Shown here piece after piece: positions 25,258-32,000 of a DNA stretch of 32,000 nucleotides. Made by a program: the position numbers and the translations under genes. This DNA is from Candidatus Electronema halotolerans (GTDB taxonomy: Bacteria > Desulfobacterota > Desulfobulbia > Desulfobulbales > Desulfobulbaceae), in NCBI GenBank assembly GCA_942493095.1, contig OW818675.1:2850001-2882000 (forward strand), in the 5' to 3' direction. Under the pieces are notes generated by a model. It was not told the origin of the DNA, searched no databases, and was given only the letters and a program-made list of their open reading frames with translations. How positions within the stretch are numbered: the first letter of the stretch is position 1; every line of letters starts with the position of its first letter.

Positions 25258-27056
25258 ATCAGCACCTCCTTTTCCAACTCCGCCGCTTCTTCTTCCAGCT
25301 TAAGAATATCCGCCCGGATTTCATCTAACGAGCGCAGCGGCTTGAACTCGTAGAAATACTTGGTGAAATTAATTTCATAGCCGGTCTTGGTCTTGCTTTC
25401 ATCAATCCACGCATCCGGCAGATGGGGCAGCACTTCGCGGGCAAAATATTCCTCAATCGTCTGCGGCACCAGCTTGCCGCGCTCATCCTTGCGCAGAAAA
25501 GGAATGTTCTCATAATCCCGGAGCTTGGGATCAGGTTTGAGCCTGCCCTGCCGGTCTTTTGCCGCCTTGCCCTTGGCATTCTGCAAAGGCTGCTCAACCG
25601 TGACCCGCCAATAGCCAAAAAAGGCGTTGGGATAGATTTTGCAGAACTCGTTCTCCTGAAAGTCGCCGTACAGATTGGCAATAAAACCAATGCCTTTTTC
25701 CGTGCCGTTCTCGACAATGGCCTTGCGCTTGTTGCCCAAGCTGCGGGGCATCTTCTGCCAGAAGCGGTTGAAAGGCAGACTGCCCTCTTTGACGGCTTCC
25801 TCATCCTTGGCCCCGGTCGCATTGACAAGCTGCACTTTGCCCTTGCGTTCCCCGCTCTTGTGATTGGACAAAATCCAAATATAGGTTGCAATGCCGGTGT
25901 TGTAGAAAAGCTGATCCGGCAGGGCTATGACCGCTTCCAGCCAGTCGTTTTCAATAATCCATTTGCGAATGTCGCTTTCTCCGCTGCCAGCCTGTCCAGT
26001 GAAGAGCGGCGAGCCGTTGAAGACAATCCCGATACGGCTGCCGTCGGGCTTCATTTTGGCCAGCATGTGTTGCAGAAAGAGGAACGCGCCGTCATTGATC
26101 CGGGGCAGGCCCGCGCCAAAGCGTCCGGCGTGGCCTTTGTTCTCATGCTCCGCCTTGATGACCTTCTGGGCTTTTTTCCAATCTACACCAAACGGCGGAT
26201 TGGACAGCATATAGTCGAACCGCTCGCCGTCCAGCCCGTCTGCGGTGAAGGTGTTGCCGAACTTGATCCGGGCCGGGTCTTGGCCCTTGATGAGCATGTC
26301 TGACTTGCAGACCGCATAGGATTCCGGGTTGATCTCCTGCCCGAAGACCTCCAGCTTGGCCTTGGGGTTGAGGTCGCGCAGATAGCTTTCCGCCACAGAC
26401 AACATGCCGCCCGTGCCGCAGGCCGGGTCATAGAGCGTTTTCACCGCGCCCTCTGTGGTCAGTGAATTTCTGTCCGTGATGAAGAGCAAATCCACCATCA
26501 GCCGGATGACTTCGCGGGGCGTGAAGTGCTCTCCTGCGGTCTCATTGGACAGCTCGGCAAACTTGCGGATCAGCTCTTCAAAGACATAGCCCATTTCCAT
26601 GCTGTCCATGCCGGAAAGGTCAATTTCAGCAAAGGTTTTGACTGTCTGAAAGAGCAAATCCGCCTTGGGGTCGTCCATCCGGTCAATTTGGGCCTCGAAG
26701 CTGAAATATTCCAGTATCTCCCGCGCTTCCGCAGAAAAGCCGTTGATATAGCTGCGCAAGTTGGCGGCGATATGATCCGGCTCGGCAACCAGCTTGGCAA
26801 AGTCAAAGGGGCTGCGATTGTGAAACCTGAACCCGGCAGCTTTGTTCAGCACCGCATCCTTGGCTTTGTCAGACATGCTCTCGACCTTGGGCAACTGGTT
26901 CAGCACGGCCTGCTTGGTCGGGGCAAGCACAGAGTCTAACCGCCGCAAAACCGTCATAGGCAGAATGACCTTGCCATAATCTGCCTGCTTGTAGTCGCCG
27001 CGCAGCAGGTCGGCTGCCTGCCAGATGAGATTTGCCTTTTCTTGGAAATTGTTCAT
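25254..27056 (-). CDS. hsdM: type I restriction-modification N6-adenine DNA methyltransferase subunit
   Basis: 600 aa. It has the N-terminal HsdM domain (LWQAADLLRGDYKQADYGKVILPMTVLRRLD), the AdoMet motif (DPACGTGGML) and the catalytic NPPFG. Confidence 0.9.
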   Translation of the reverse strand: MNNFQEKANLIWQAADLLRGDYKQADYGKVILPMTVLRRLDSVLAPTKQAVLNQLPKVESMSDKAKDAVLNKAAGFRFHNRSPFDFAKLVAEPDHIAANLRSYINGFSAEAREILEYFSFEAQIDRMDDPKADLLFQTVKTFAEIDLSGMDSMEMGYVFEELIRKFAELSNETAGEHFTPREVIRLMVDLLFITDRNSLTTEGAVKTLYDPACGTGGMLSVAESYLRDLNPKAKLEVFGQEINPESYAVCKSDMLIKGQDPARIKFGNTFTADGLDGERFDYMLSNPPFGVDWKKAQKVIKAEHENKGHAGRFGAGLPRINDGAFLFLQHMLAKMKPDGSRIGIVFNGSPLFTGQAGSGESDIRKWIIENDWLEAVIALPDQLFYNTGIATYIWILSNHKSGERKGKVQLVNATGAKDEEAVKEGSLPFNRFWQKMPRSLGNKRKAIVENGTEKGIGFIANLYGDFQENEFCKIYPNAFFGYWRVTVEQPLQNAKGKAAKDRQGRLKPDPKLRDYENIPFLRKDERGKLVPQTIEEYFAREVLPHLPDAWIDESKTKTGYEINFTKYFYEFKPLRSLDEIRADILKLEEEAAELEKEVLI

Positions 27057-27257
27057 GCTGATCTTGAGCCGTTGTCGGGGAAGGGTTGATCATTCGGACA
27101 GAAGGGGTTTTAAACACTGCCGCACTGTTTGGCAAGGATTATTTGCAGGCCCGGTCTGCCGCTTGCAACCCGCAGGTTTGTCTGCTCCTTCCGGGTTTAT
27201 GGCCGACAGTCCGGGCATTTCATACGGGGGCTTGCGCTCTCCGTCCTACCCCTGCGC

Positions 27258-27517
27258 CTGATCGTTGATTTGTTCTGCGGCAGCAAAAACACTGCTAAAG
27301 TTGCTAAACTTGCTAACGTTGCTGATATTATTCAACATCCGTTTGCTAACTTTTTGCTAACTTTTTGCGAACACTGCTCACGCCCGCCGCTGATCGTTGA
27401 TTTGTTCTGCGGAAGCAAAAACACTGCTAAAGTTGCTAAACTTGCTAACGTTGCTGATATTATTCAACATCCGTTTGCTAACCTTTTGCTAACTTTTGCT
27501 AACTTTTTGCGGAACAG
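27258..27517. repeat. two tandem ~120-bp direct repeats (period 132 bp), each built from TTGCTAA-like iterons
   Basis: Cores 27258-27350 and 27390-27482 are identical at 92/93 positions. The copies extend to about 27374 and 27517, and copy 2 has one extra ~10-bp unit. TTGCTAA or one-mismatch variants occur 7 and 8 times: at 9-bp spacing (27292/27301/27310/27319) and then at 10-11-bp spacing (27343/27354/27365). Confidence 0.9.
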
Positions 27518-27627
27518 CATCGTTTCAGGAAAATGATGCAAAAATTACTTGGTTGCCCCAGCCCGGCGGGGGATGTTACAGTAAAGGAAGACGCGGGGAG
27601 ATAACTGACAGGATGGAGGAAGAAATC

Positions 27628-27780
27628 ATGGCAACCAAAATCAAAGAAACTCCTGTGCTGAAAGGAGAGGCGGCCCGCCGTTTCCTGAAAACTATCCGGG
27701 AAAATGAACAGAAAAAGGTGCCGAAAGAAGACTATGAGCGGGCAAAAGAGGCGTACCGGAATTTTAAGGTTGTCTGCTGA
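27628..27780 (+). CDS. small charged hypothetical protein (50 aa)
   Basis: ATG 27628 is preceded by GGAGGA with 6-nt spacing. The sequence is MATKIKETPVLKGEAARRFLKTIRENEQKKVPKEDYERAKEAYRNFKVVC. ATG 27613 is an alternative start. I cannot assign a family with confidence. Confidence 0.5.
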   Translation: MATKIKETPVLKGEAARRFLKTIRENEQKKVPKEDYERAKEAYRNFKVVC

Positions 27781-27813
27781 GGAATCATATCTACAATTAT
27801 TCCGTTAAACTCC

Positions 27814-28557
27814 ATGTCTATTTGTTTAGTTATAGCAGGTTGGGTTGTTTGTTATTTTATAATTACATTAACTGCAACATATATTGCTGACCCGCTAATT
27901 TCCTATATTGAAGATGGTTCTCTGGCAAGATGGATAAGAAATGTTTGGATATATATTAAGAAACCGGTTTGTAAATATCGTTGTTATTTGATTTGTTCGA
28001 CAGGAATTCCTGCTCTTTCCTTTTTTATTTATGGATATAGCAGTAAGAGTCTTTTGTTTTCTGGTGGAATATTTCAAGCGATAGGAACTTTCGTGGCCGC
28101 TCACAGTATATATACTACCGCAAAAGAAAAATTTAACAAAAATCCTATAAGAGAATTGATGCAATCCTTTCCAAGGATAAAACCAAAGGTTCGTCCATGC
28201 CCAACCTGTACGGGAATACAGGAAACACGCGGGGTAGCTTCTCTTCGTCTTGATATCATTGAAGACAATAAGAATTCATCTATAGATGATAGATTGTCAA
28301 TTATTTATGCAAATCAAGAAAAAATAAAAGAAACAGTTAATTATTTATGCAAGAGAGAAGAGGAATATATGTTTTTAGAAGAAAAAATAGATGAAGAAAC
28401 AGAAAATAAAATTCGTGAAGTTGCAAGAAACATTAAGCTTTTCCTTGAGGATATACATCTTTCTGATTTCACCCCAACTATCATTGGTCTGTTTTGGATT
28501 GCATTTGGCGTAATTCTTGCCACTATCGGGTCATTGTTGCCCGCCGCCGCGCCTTAA
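27814..28557 (+). CDS. hypothetical membrane protein: 3 N-terminal TM helices, ~120-aa charged/coiled-coil region, C-terminal TM helix
   Basis: 247-aa ORF in a strongly AT-rich block, 33 nt after the small ORF. Hydrophobic segments are at about aa 2-24, 56-75, 79-99 and 221-242. The middle is E/K-rich (KREEEYMFLEEKIDEETENKIREVARNIKLF). There is no obvious SD, and I recognise no family. Confidence 0.6.
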   Translation: MSICLVIAGWVVCYFIITLTATYIADPLISYIEDGSLARWIRNVWIYIKKPVCKYRCYLICSTGIPALSFFIYGYSSKSLLFSGGIFQAIGTFVAAHSIYTTAKEKFNKNPIRELMQSFPRIKPKVRPCPTCTGIQETRGVASLRLDIIEDNKNSSIDDRLSIIYANQEKIKETVNYLCKREEEYMFLEEKIDEETENKIREVARNIKLFLEDIHLSDFTPTIIGLFWIAFGVILATIGSLLPAAAP

Positions 28558-28872
28558 TCTCCTGCCATTTCCGCCAGTCATCCGGGTTGAAAATCTCGTT
28601 GACGTGATGCTCCAGCTCTTCATCCGATGCACCCAATTCAAGCGCGGTCTCAAAAGGTGACTGCCCATCCTGCCACCAACGATATTTTGGCTCACAATCG
28701 CAGGGAATCCGCAGCCTGCCCTGATCGTCAAGATAAGGGGCTTTAGGCCGGGCGGCGTGCAGCTCCAGGTCACAAACTGCGGAAAGGAGACAAGCACCGC
28801 TCCGGCGGCCTCCAAGGGATTTGTCCTTGCCTTTCGCAGGGCAATGACGGTACTATGTTGTTTTCTCATCAT
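28523..28872 (-). CDS. uncertain ORF or possible decayed gene upstream of the cytochrome gene (two competing frames)
   Basis: The listed 113-aa frame (28531-28872) becomes R/G/S/T-rich after about 35 aa. A second frame is open for 109 codons (28526-28852). It reads ...PKAPYLDDQGRLRIPCDCEPKYRWWQDGQSPFETALELGASDEELEHHVNEIFNPDDWRKWQEI... and looks more protein-like, but has no ATG/GTG/TTG before codon ~72. Confidence 0.3.
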
Positions 28873-28913
28873 TGCCGCAAAAGAGATTGTCCAACCTCAA
28901 GGAGAATGCAACA

Positions 28914-30086
28914 ATGAAGCCCAGATTCATTCTGCCCGCCGCTGCAGCCCTGCTGCTCATGAACCTGCCTGCCGCCCAGGCGCACGAGGTGCCAGAGGGA
29001 GCCGCGCCGTTCCAGCAGGCAGAACAGTGCGCTGGCTGCCATTCGCAGATTTACAAGGAATGGCAGGAGTCCTTTCATGCCAAGTCCTCAGTGCATAAGG
29101 ACTCGGCCCATAAGGCCGTGCATCAGGCTTTCAGCAAGTTCCTGACTGACAAGGGCAAAACATCCAACTACCACTGCGCGACCTGTCACGCGCCCATGTC
29201 CGACAATCTGAAGGAGCTGATGAGCGGCGCGGCCCAGCCGGACAGCAGCAATGCGACCCAGCTTGAAGGCGTGGGCTGCACCTTCTGCCACCGGATTGAG
29301 GCAGTCAACAAAGGCCAGAGCTTTGATCAGTACAAGCTCAACAAGGACGGCGCATACCATACCAGCCGCCCGGCCAATCCCAAGGCGCCGCACAAGACCG
29401 GCCCGTCCTCGCTCTTTGCTGTCGGCCAAGTCTGCATGGGCTGCCACAGCCAGTATATCAATCCGCACGAGGTGCCGATCTGCGTGATGACCGAGGAGGG
29501 CATTGGCAACTGCATCACCTGCCACATGCCGCAGGCTGAGGGCGGCCCGGCTGCCGGTTCAGAGGCCAAGACCCACCGCTCGCACAGCTTTCCGGGCGGC
29601 CATGATCTGGCCATGCTACAGCAGGCCGCTGATCTGGAGGTCAAGGCTGAGGGCAAGGACGGGGAATGGCAGATTGTTGTGACCGTGCGGAACAAAACTG
29701 AGCACACCTTCCCATCGACTAATCCGATGCGCATGGCCTTTGTCAAAGTGCGGGCCAAGGATGCAAAGGGGAATGTGGTCTGGGAAAATTTCAAGAGCGA
29801 ACCGCTCAAGGAGGACAAGCAGGCCGTGTTCTTCAAGGCCTTCAAGGCGGGTGATAAAATCGGCGTGCCGTCATGGGAGGCCAAGACAATGGCCTTTGAC
29901 ACCCGGATCAAACAGGGCGGAAGCCGCACCCTGACCTATCCGCTCTACGGCAACCAGGTCAAAGAGGTGGAGGCGGAGCTGATCTATTTGCTCTTCCCGC
30001 CCAAGGCCTTGGATGCTTTCGGCATTCCCAAGGACGGGGTGAACGACAAACGCTATTCTGTGGCTAAGAAGTCGGTCCAGCTATAA
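28914..30086 (+). CDS. periplasmic pentahaem c-type cytochrome
   Basis: I place the start at ATG 28914, with AAGGAG 10 nt upstream. The signal peptide is MKPRFILPAAAALLLMNLPAAQA. There are five CxxCH motifs (CAGCH, CATCH, CTFCH, CMGCH, CITCH). The C-terminal ~150 aa carry no haem motif. Confidence 0.85.
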   Translation: MKPRFILPAAAALLLMNLPAAQAHEVPEGAAPFQQAEQCAGCHSQIYKEWQESFHAKSSVHKDSAHKAVHQAFSKFLTDKGKTSNYHCATCHAPMSDNLKELMSGAAQPDSSNATQLEGVGCTFCHRIEAVNKGQSFDQYKLNKDGAYHTSRPANPKAPHKTGPSSLFAVGQVCMGCHSQYINPHEVPICVMTEEGIGNCITCHMPQAEGGPAAGSEAKTHRSHSFPGGHDLAMLQQAADLEVKAEGKDGEWQIVVTVRNKTEHTFPSTNPMRMAFVKVRAKDAKGNVVWENFKSEPLKEDKQAVFFKAFKAGDKIGVPSWEAKTMAFDTRIKQGGSRTLTYPLYGNQVKEVEAELIYLLFPPKALDAFGIPKDGVNDKRYSVAKKSVQL

Positions 30087-30136
30087 GGAGGAAACCGGCT
30101 TGCTGCTGAACAATGCGGCCAGCCGGTCAGCCTGGT

Positions 30137-30958
30137 TCAAAAGACACTGCGCTTGCGGCGGTGATTGCGGGAATAGGCCACCCAATAGACAGCCCCGACC
30201 TGCACTGCGCCGCCGACAATGTTGCCTGCGGTGGCCATGATGATGTTGGTGATCGAGCCAAACAGGGAAACCACGCCGCTGTCATCCAAAATCAGGCCAA
30301 AGGGCAGGAAGAACCAGTTGGCAATGGAATGCTCAAAGCCGATGGCGACAAAGGCGGCCACAGGCAGAAGGATGGCCATGATCTTGTCCACCACGCTGCG
30401 GCCTCCCATTGCCAGCCAGATGGCTAAACAGACCAGCGCGTTGCAGAGCATGCCCCGGAGAAAGGCTTCGCAGAGGGTCAGGTCAGCCTTGCCTGCGGCG
30501 ATGTTCACGGCAGTCTTGGCCACTTCGCCGTTGCCCAGCTCGGCGACTCCGGCCAGCACCACAAGCTGCACCGTGATCAGCGCGCCGATCACATTGCCGA
30601 TATAGGAATACAGCCAGTTGCGCAGCAGGCTGACAGCACTGATCTGGCCGCTGGCCCAAGCCATAGTCAGCAGGTTGTTGCCGGTGAACAGCTCGGCCCC
30701 GCCGACCACCACCAGAATCAGGCCCATGCTGAAGCTCAGGCCGCCGAGCAGGCGGGTCACGCCAAAGCCGAGTTGGGAGCCGGTCATCACCACGGTGCAG
30801 AAGAGCGCGCCAAGGGCGATGAAGGCCCCGGCCAGCATGGCTAAAACCAGCAGGGAGAGGGTGTCAACATGCGCCTTCCTGACTCCCATGCTCTCAACCT
30901 TGCGGGCAATGTCATCTGGGGAATAGGCATCGCTGAGGCCTTCGTGCGCGGTTTCCAT
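30137..30958 (-). CDS. formate/nitrite transporter (FNT) family channel
   Basis: 273 aa with six TM segments. GAELFTGNNL and the FNT-type hydrophobic repeats are present, and the N-terminus is like FocA/NirC. Confidence 0.85.
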   Translation of the reverse strand: METAHEGLSDAYSPDDIARKVESMGVRKAHVDTLSLLVLAMLAGAFIALGALFCTVVMTGSQLGFGVTRLLGGLSFSMGLILVVVGGAELFTGNNLLTMAWASGQISAVSLLRNWLYSYIGNVIGALITVQLVVLAGVAELGNGEVAKTAVNIAAGKADLTLCEAFLRGMLCNALVCLAIWLAMGGRSVVDKIMAILLPVAAFVAIGFEHSIANWFFLPFGLILDDSGVVSLFGSITNIIMATAGNIVGGAVQVGAVYWVAYSRNHRRKRSVF

Positions 30959-31198
30959 GAAACATCCTCCTCCTTGTTTGAGTCATCTTCAGCCGCCGGA
31001 CAGCGGCCCCTTGTCTTCACTCAAAATGATGCCGCATTTCATTTTTAATGATACTGCAACGGCCTGAAAAGGGAAAGCGCCCGCCCAAATAAAAAAATTG
31101 ACACCATCAGGCGGTGCTGCTCGGTTGAGAAAACCGGAAGCTGCTTCTCAACCCGGCGGCATCAGACAGGAATCCCTGCAACAACACGAGGAGCGCGC

Positions 31199-31996
31199 AT
31201 GAACGAGAAAGAATTGTTTGACGTGGTGGAGACGGAACAGGTTCCCGGAGCAAAGTTCGAGGTTGTCCAGTACAAAAGTCTGAAAGGCTCAGACAATCTT
31301 TATGTGGCGGAAAAGATGTTCCTTGCCAGGCAGGCGGATATTCACCTCAAGATGATCCGGGTCACGCTGGAGCGGAGTGAAGTCCTGATCGAGCCGGGCG
31401 CGCTCTATTTCATGAAAGGCGACCTGCACTTGGAATCAAATATGCAGCAGGGATTGAGCACGGGCCTGATGCGCAAATTCACCTCTGGCGAAACCCTGTT
31501 TCAGTCCCGCATCCGGGGAACCGGCGAGGTCTATTTGGAACCGAGCTTTGGCCATTACTCGCTCTTTAATATTGAGGAAGACGCGCTGATTGTTGACAAG
31601 GGCGCGTTTTACTGCGCTTCCGGCGGGCTGGAAGTCAGCGCCAAGATGCAAAGCAATATTTCCAGTGCCTTGTTTGGCGGGGAAGGGCTTTTTCAAACCC
31701 AGATCAAAGGCAGCGGCGTGGTGGTGCTGGTCTCACCCGTGCCGACAGATGAGCTGCTCATCTATCAGCTCGCGCCAAAAGAAAAACTTTCGGTTGATGG
31801 CAGCTTTACCTTTGCCAGAACCGCCAGCGTTGCCTTTCATGCAGAAAAATCAGGCAAAAGCCTGCTTCAGTCCGTCACCAGCGGCGAAGGACTGCTGCAA
31901 ACCTTCACCGGGCCGGGCGTGGTCTGGATCGCCCCGACCGAAGAAGTGTATAAACGTCTGGGCGCGTTCAGCTATACGATGCAGGCAGGCAGATGA
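31199..31996 (+). CDS. AIM24 family (DUF124/TIGR00266-like) protein
   Basis: 265 aa. EPGALYFMKGDL...SGETLFQSRIRGTGEVYLEPSFG...GEGLFQTQIKGSGVVVL...GEGLLQTFTGPGVVWI is the repeated beta-rich pattern of AIM24 proteins. Confidence 0.75.
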   Translation: MNEKELFDVVETEQVPGAKFEVVQYKSLKGSDNLYVAEKMFLARQADIHLKMIRVTLERSEVLIEPGALYFMKGDLHLESNMQQGLSTGLMRKFTSGETLFQSRIRGTGEVYLEPSFGHYSLFNIEEDALIVDKGAFYCASGGLEVSAKMQSNISSALFGGEGLFQTQIKGSGVVVLVSPVPTDELLIYQLAPKEKLSVDGSFTFARTASVAFHAEKSGKSLLQSVTSGEGLLQTFTGPGVVWIAPTEEVYKRLGAFSYTMQAGR

Positions 31997-32000
31997 GCAG

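Noticed and set aside
25422-26303. 293-aa plus-strand ORF antisense to hsdM
   Set aside because: Shadow ORF. hsdM on the other strand carries the DPACGTGG and NPPFG motifs.
27258-27517. Possible CRISPR array
   Set aside because: There are only two copies. The repeat units are ~93-128 bp and internally repetitive, with a 15-39-bp spacer and no cas genes. That does not fit CRISPR geometry.
27129-27536. 135-aa plus-strand ORF spanning the tandem repeats, and the 30-aa minus-strand peptides within them
   Set aside because: The amino-acid repetition simply mirrors the DNA repeat. There is no SD, the ORF starts in GC-rich non-repeat DNA, and the 9-bp DNA periodicity explains the peptide pattern. 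I kept it as a DNA/RNA repeat, though small-peptide coding is not fully excluded.
31123-31153. 9-bp-stem hairpin (GGTTGAGAA/TTCTCAACC) upstream of the AIM24 gene as a possible riboswitch or attenuator
   Set aside because: It is a single short hairpin with no T-run and no recognisable riboswitch consensus. I noted it only as possible 5'-UTR structure.

Overview
This is a chromosomal segment that looks well above 50% G+C by eye. Its gene content (Rieske/cytochrome b, multihaem cytochrome c, FNT transporter) suggests a Desulfobacterota-like anaerobe, which is inference only.

Nt 1-16.5 k are mostly housekeeping:
- ilvB (3' fragment), ilvN and psd.
- A large MscS-like channel.
- A minus-strand array in which a two-gene Rieske/cytochrome b module abuts an abruptly AT-rich pterin cassette (FolM-like SDR, FolB/X, short HPPK, FolE2).
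- pssA-rsmD-coaD (minus strand).
- An ADP-ribosylglycohydrolase gene overlapping a GT2-TPR-methyltransferase fusion.
- rpoD and malQ.

tRNA-Glu(CUC) at 16493-16567 opens a roughly 12 kb integrase-less accessory/defence island. It contains:
- A UPF0175 antitoxin with a decayed PIN-toxin stub.
- An Abi (abortive infection) gene split at codon 25 by an IS66-family element, which itself carries a nested IS4-family element. Both target-site duplications are readable.
- A truncated, frameshifted gene remnant.
- A type I R-M system (hsdM, a half-size hsdS, hsdR) with a repeat-filled hsdS-hsdR spacer.
- Two tandem ~120-bp repeats built from 15 TTGCTAA-like iterons.
- An AT-rich uncharacterised pair: a 50-aa charged protein plus a 247-aa four-TM/coiled-coil protein.

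That iteron array plus two-gene cassette is my best candidate for an undescribed (defence or toxin-like) system, but its function is inferred from context only. The right end carries a pentahaem cytochrome c, a FocA/NirC-type transporter and an AIM24-family gene. I saw no CRISPR array, rRNA or integrase.
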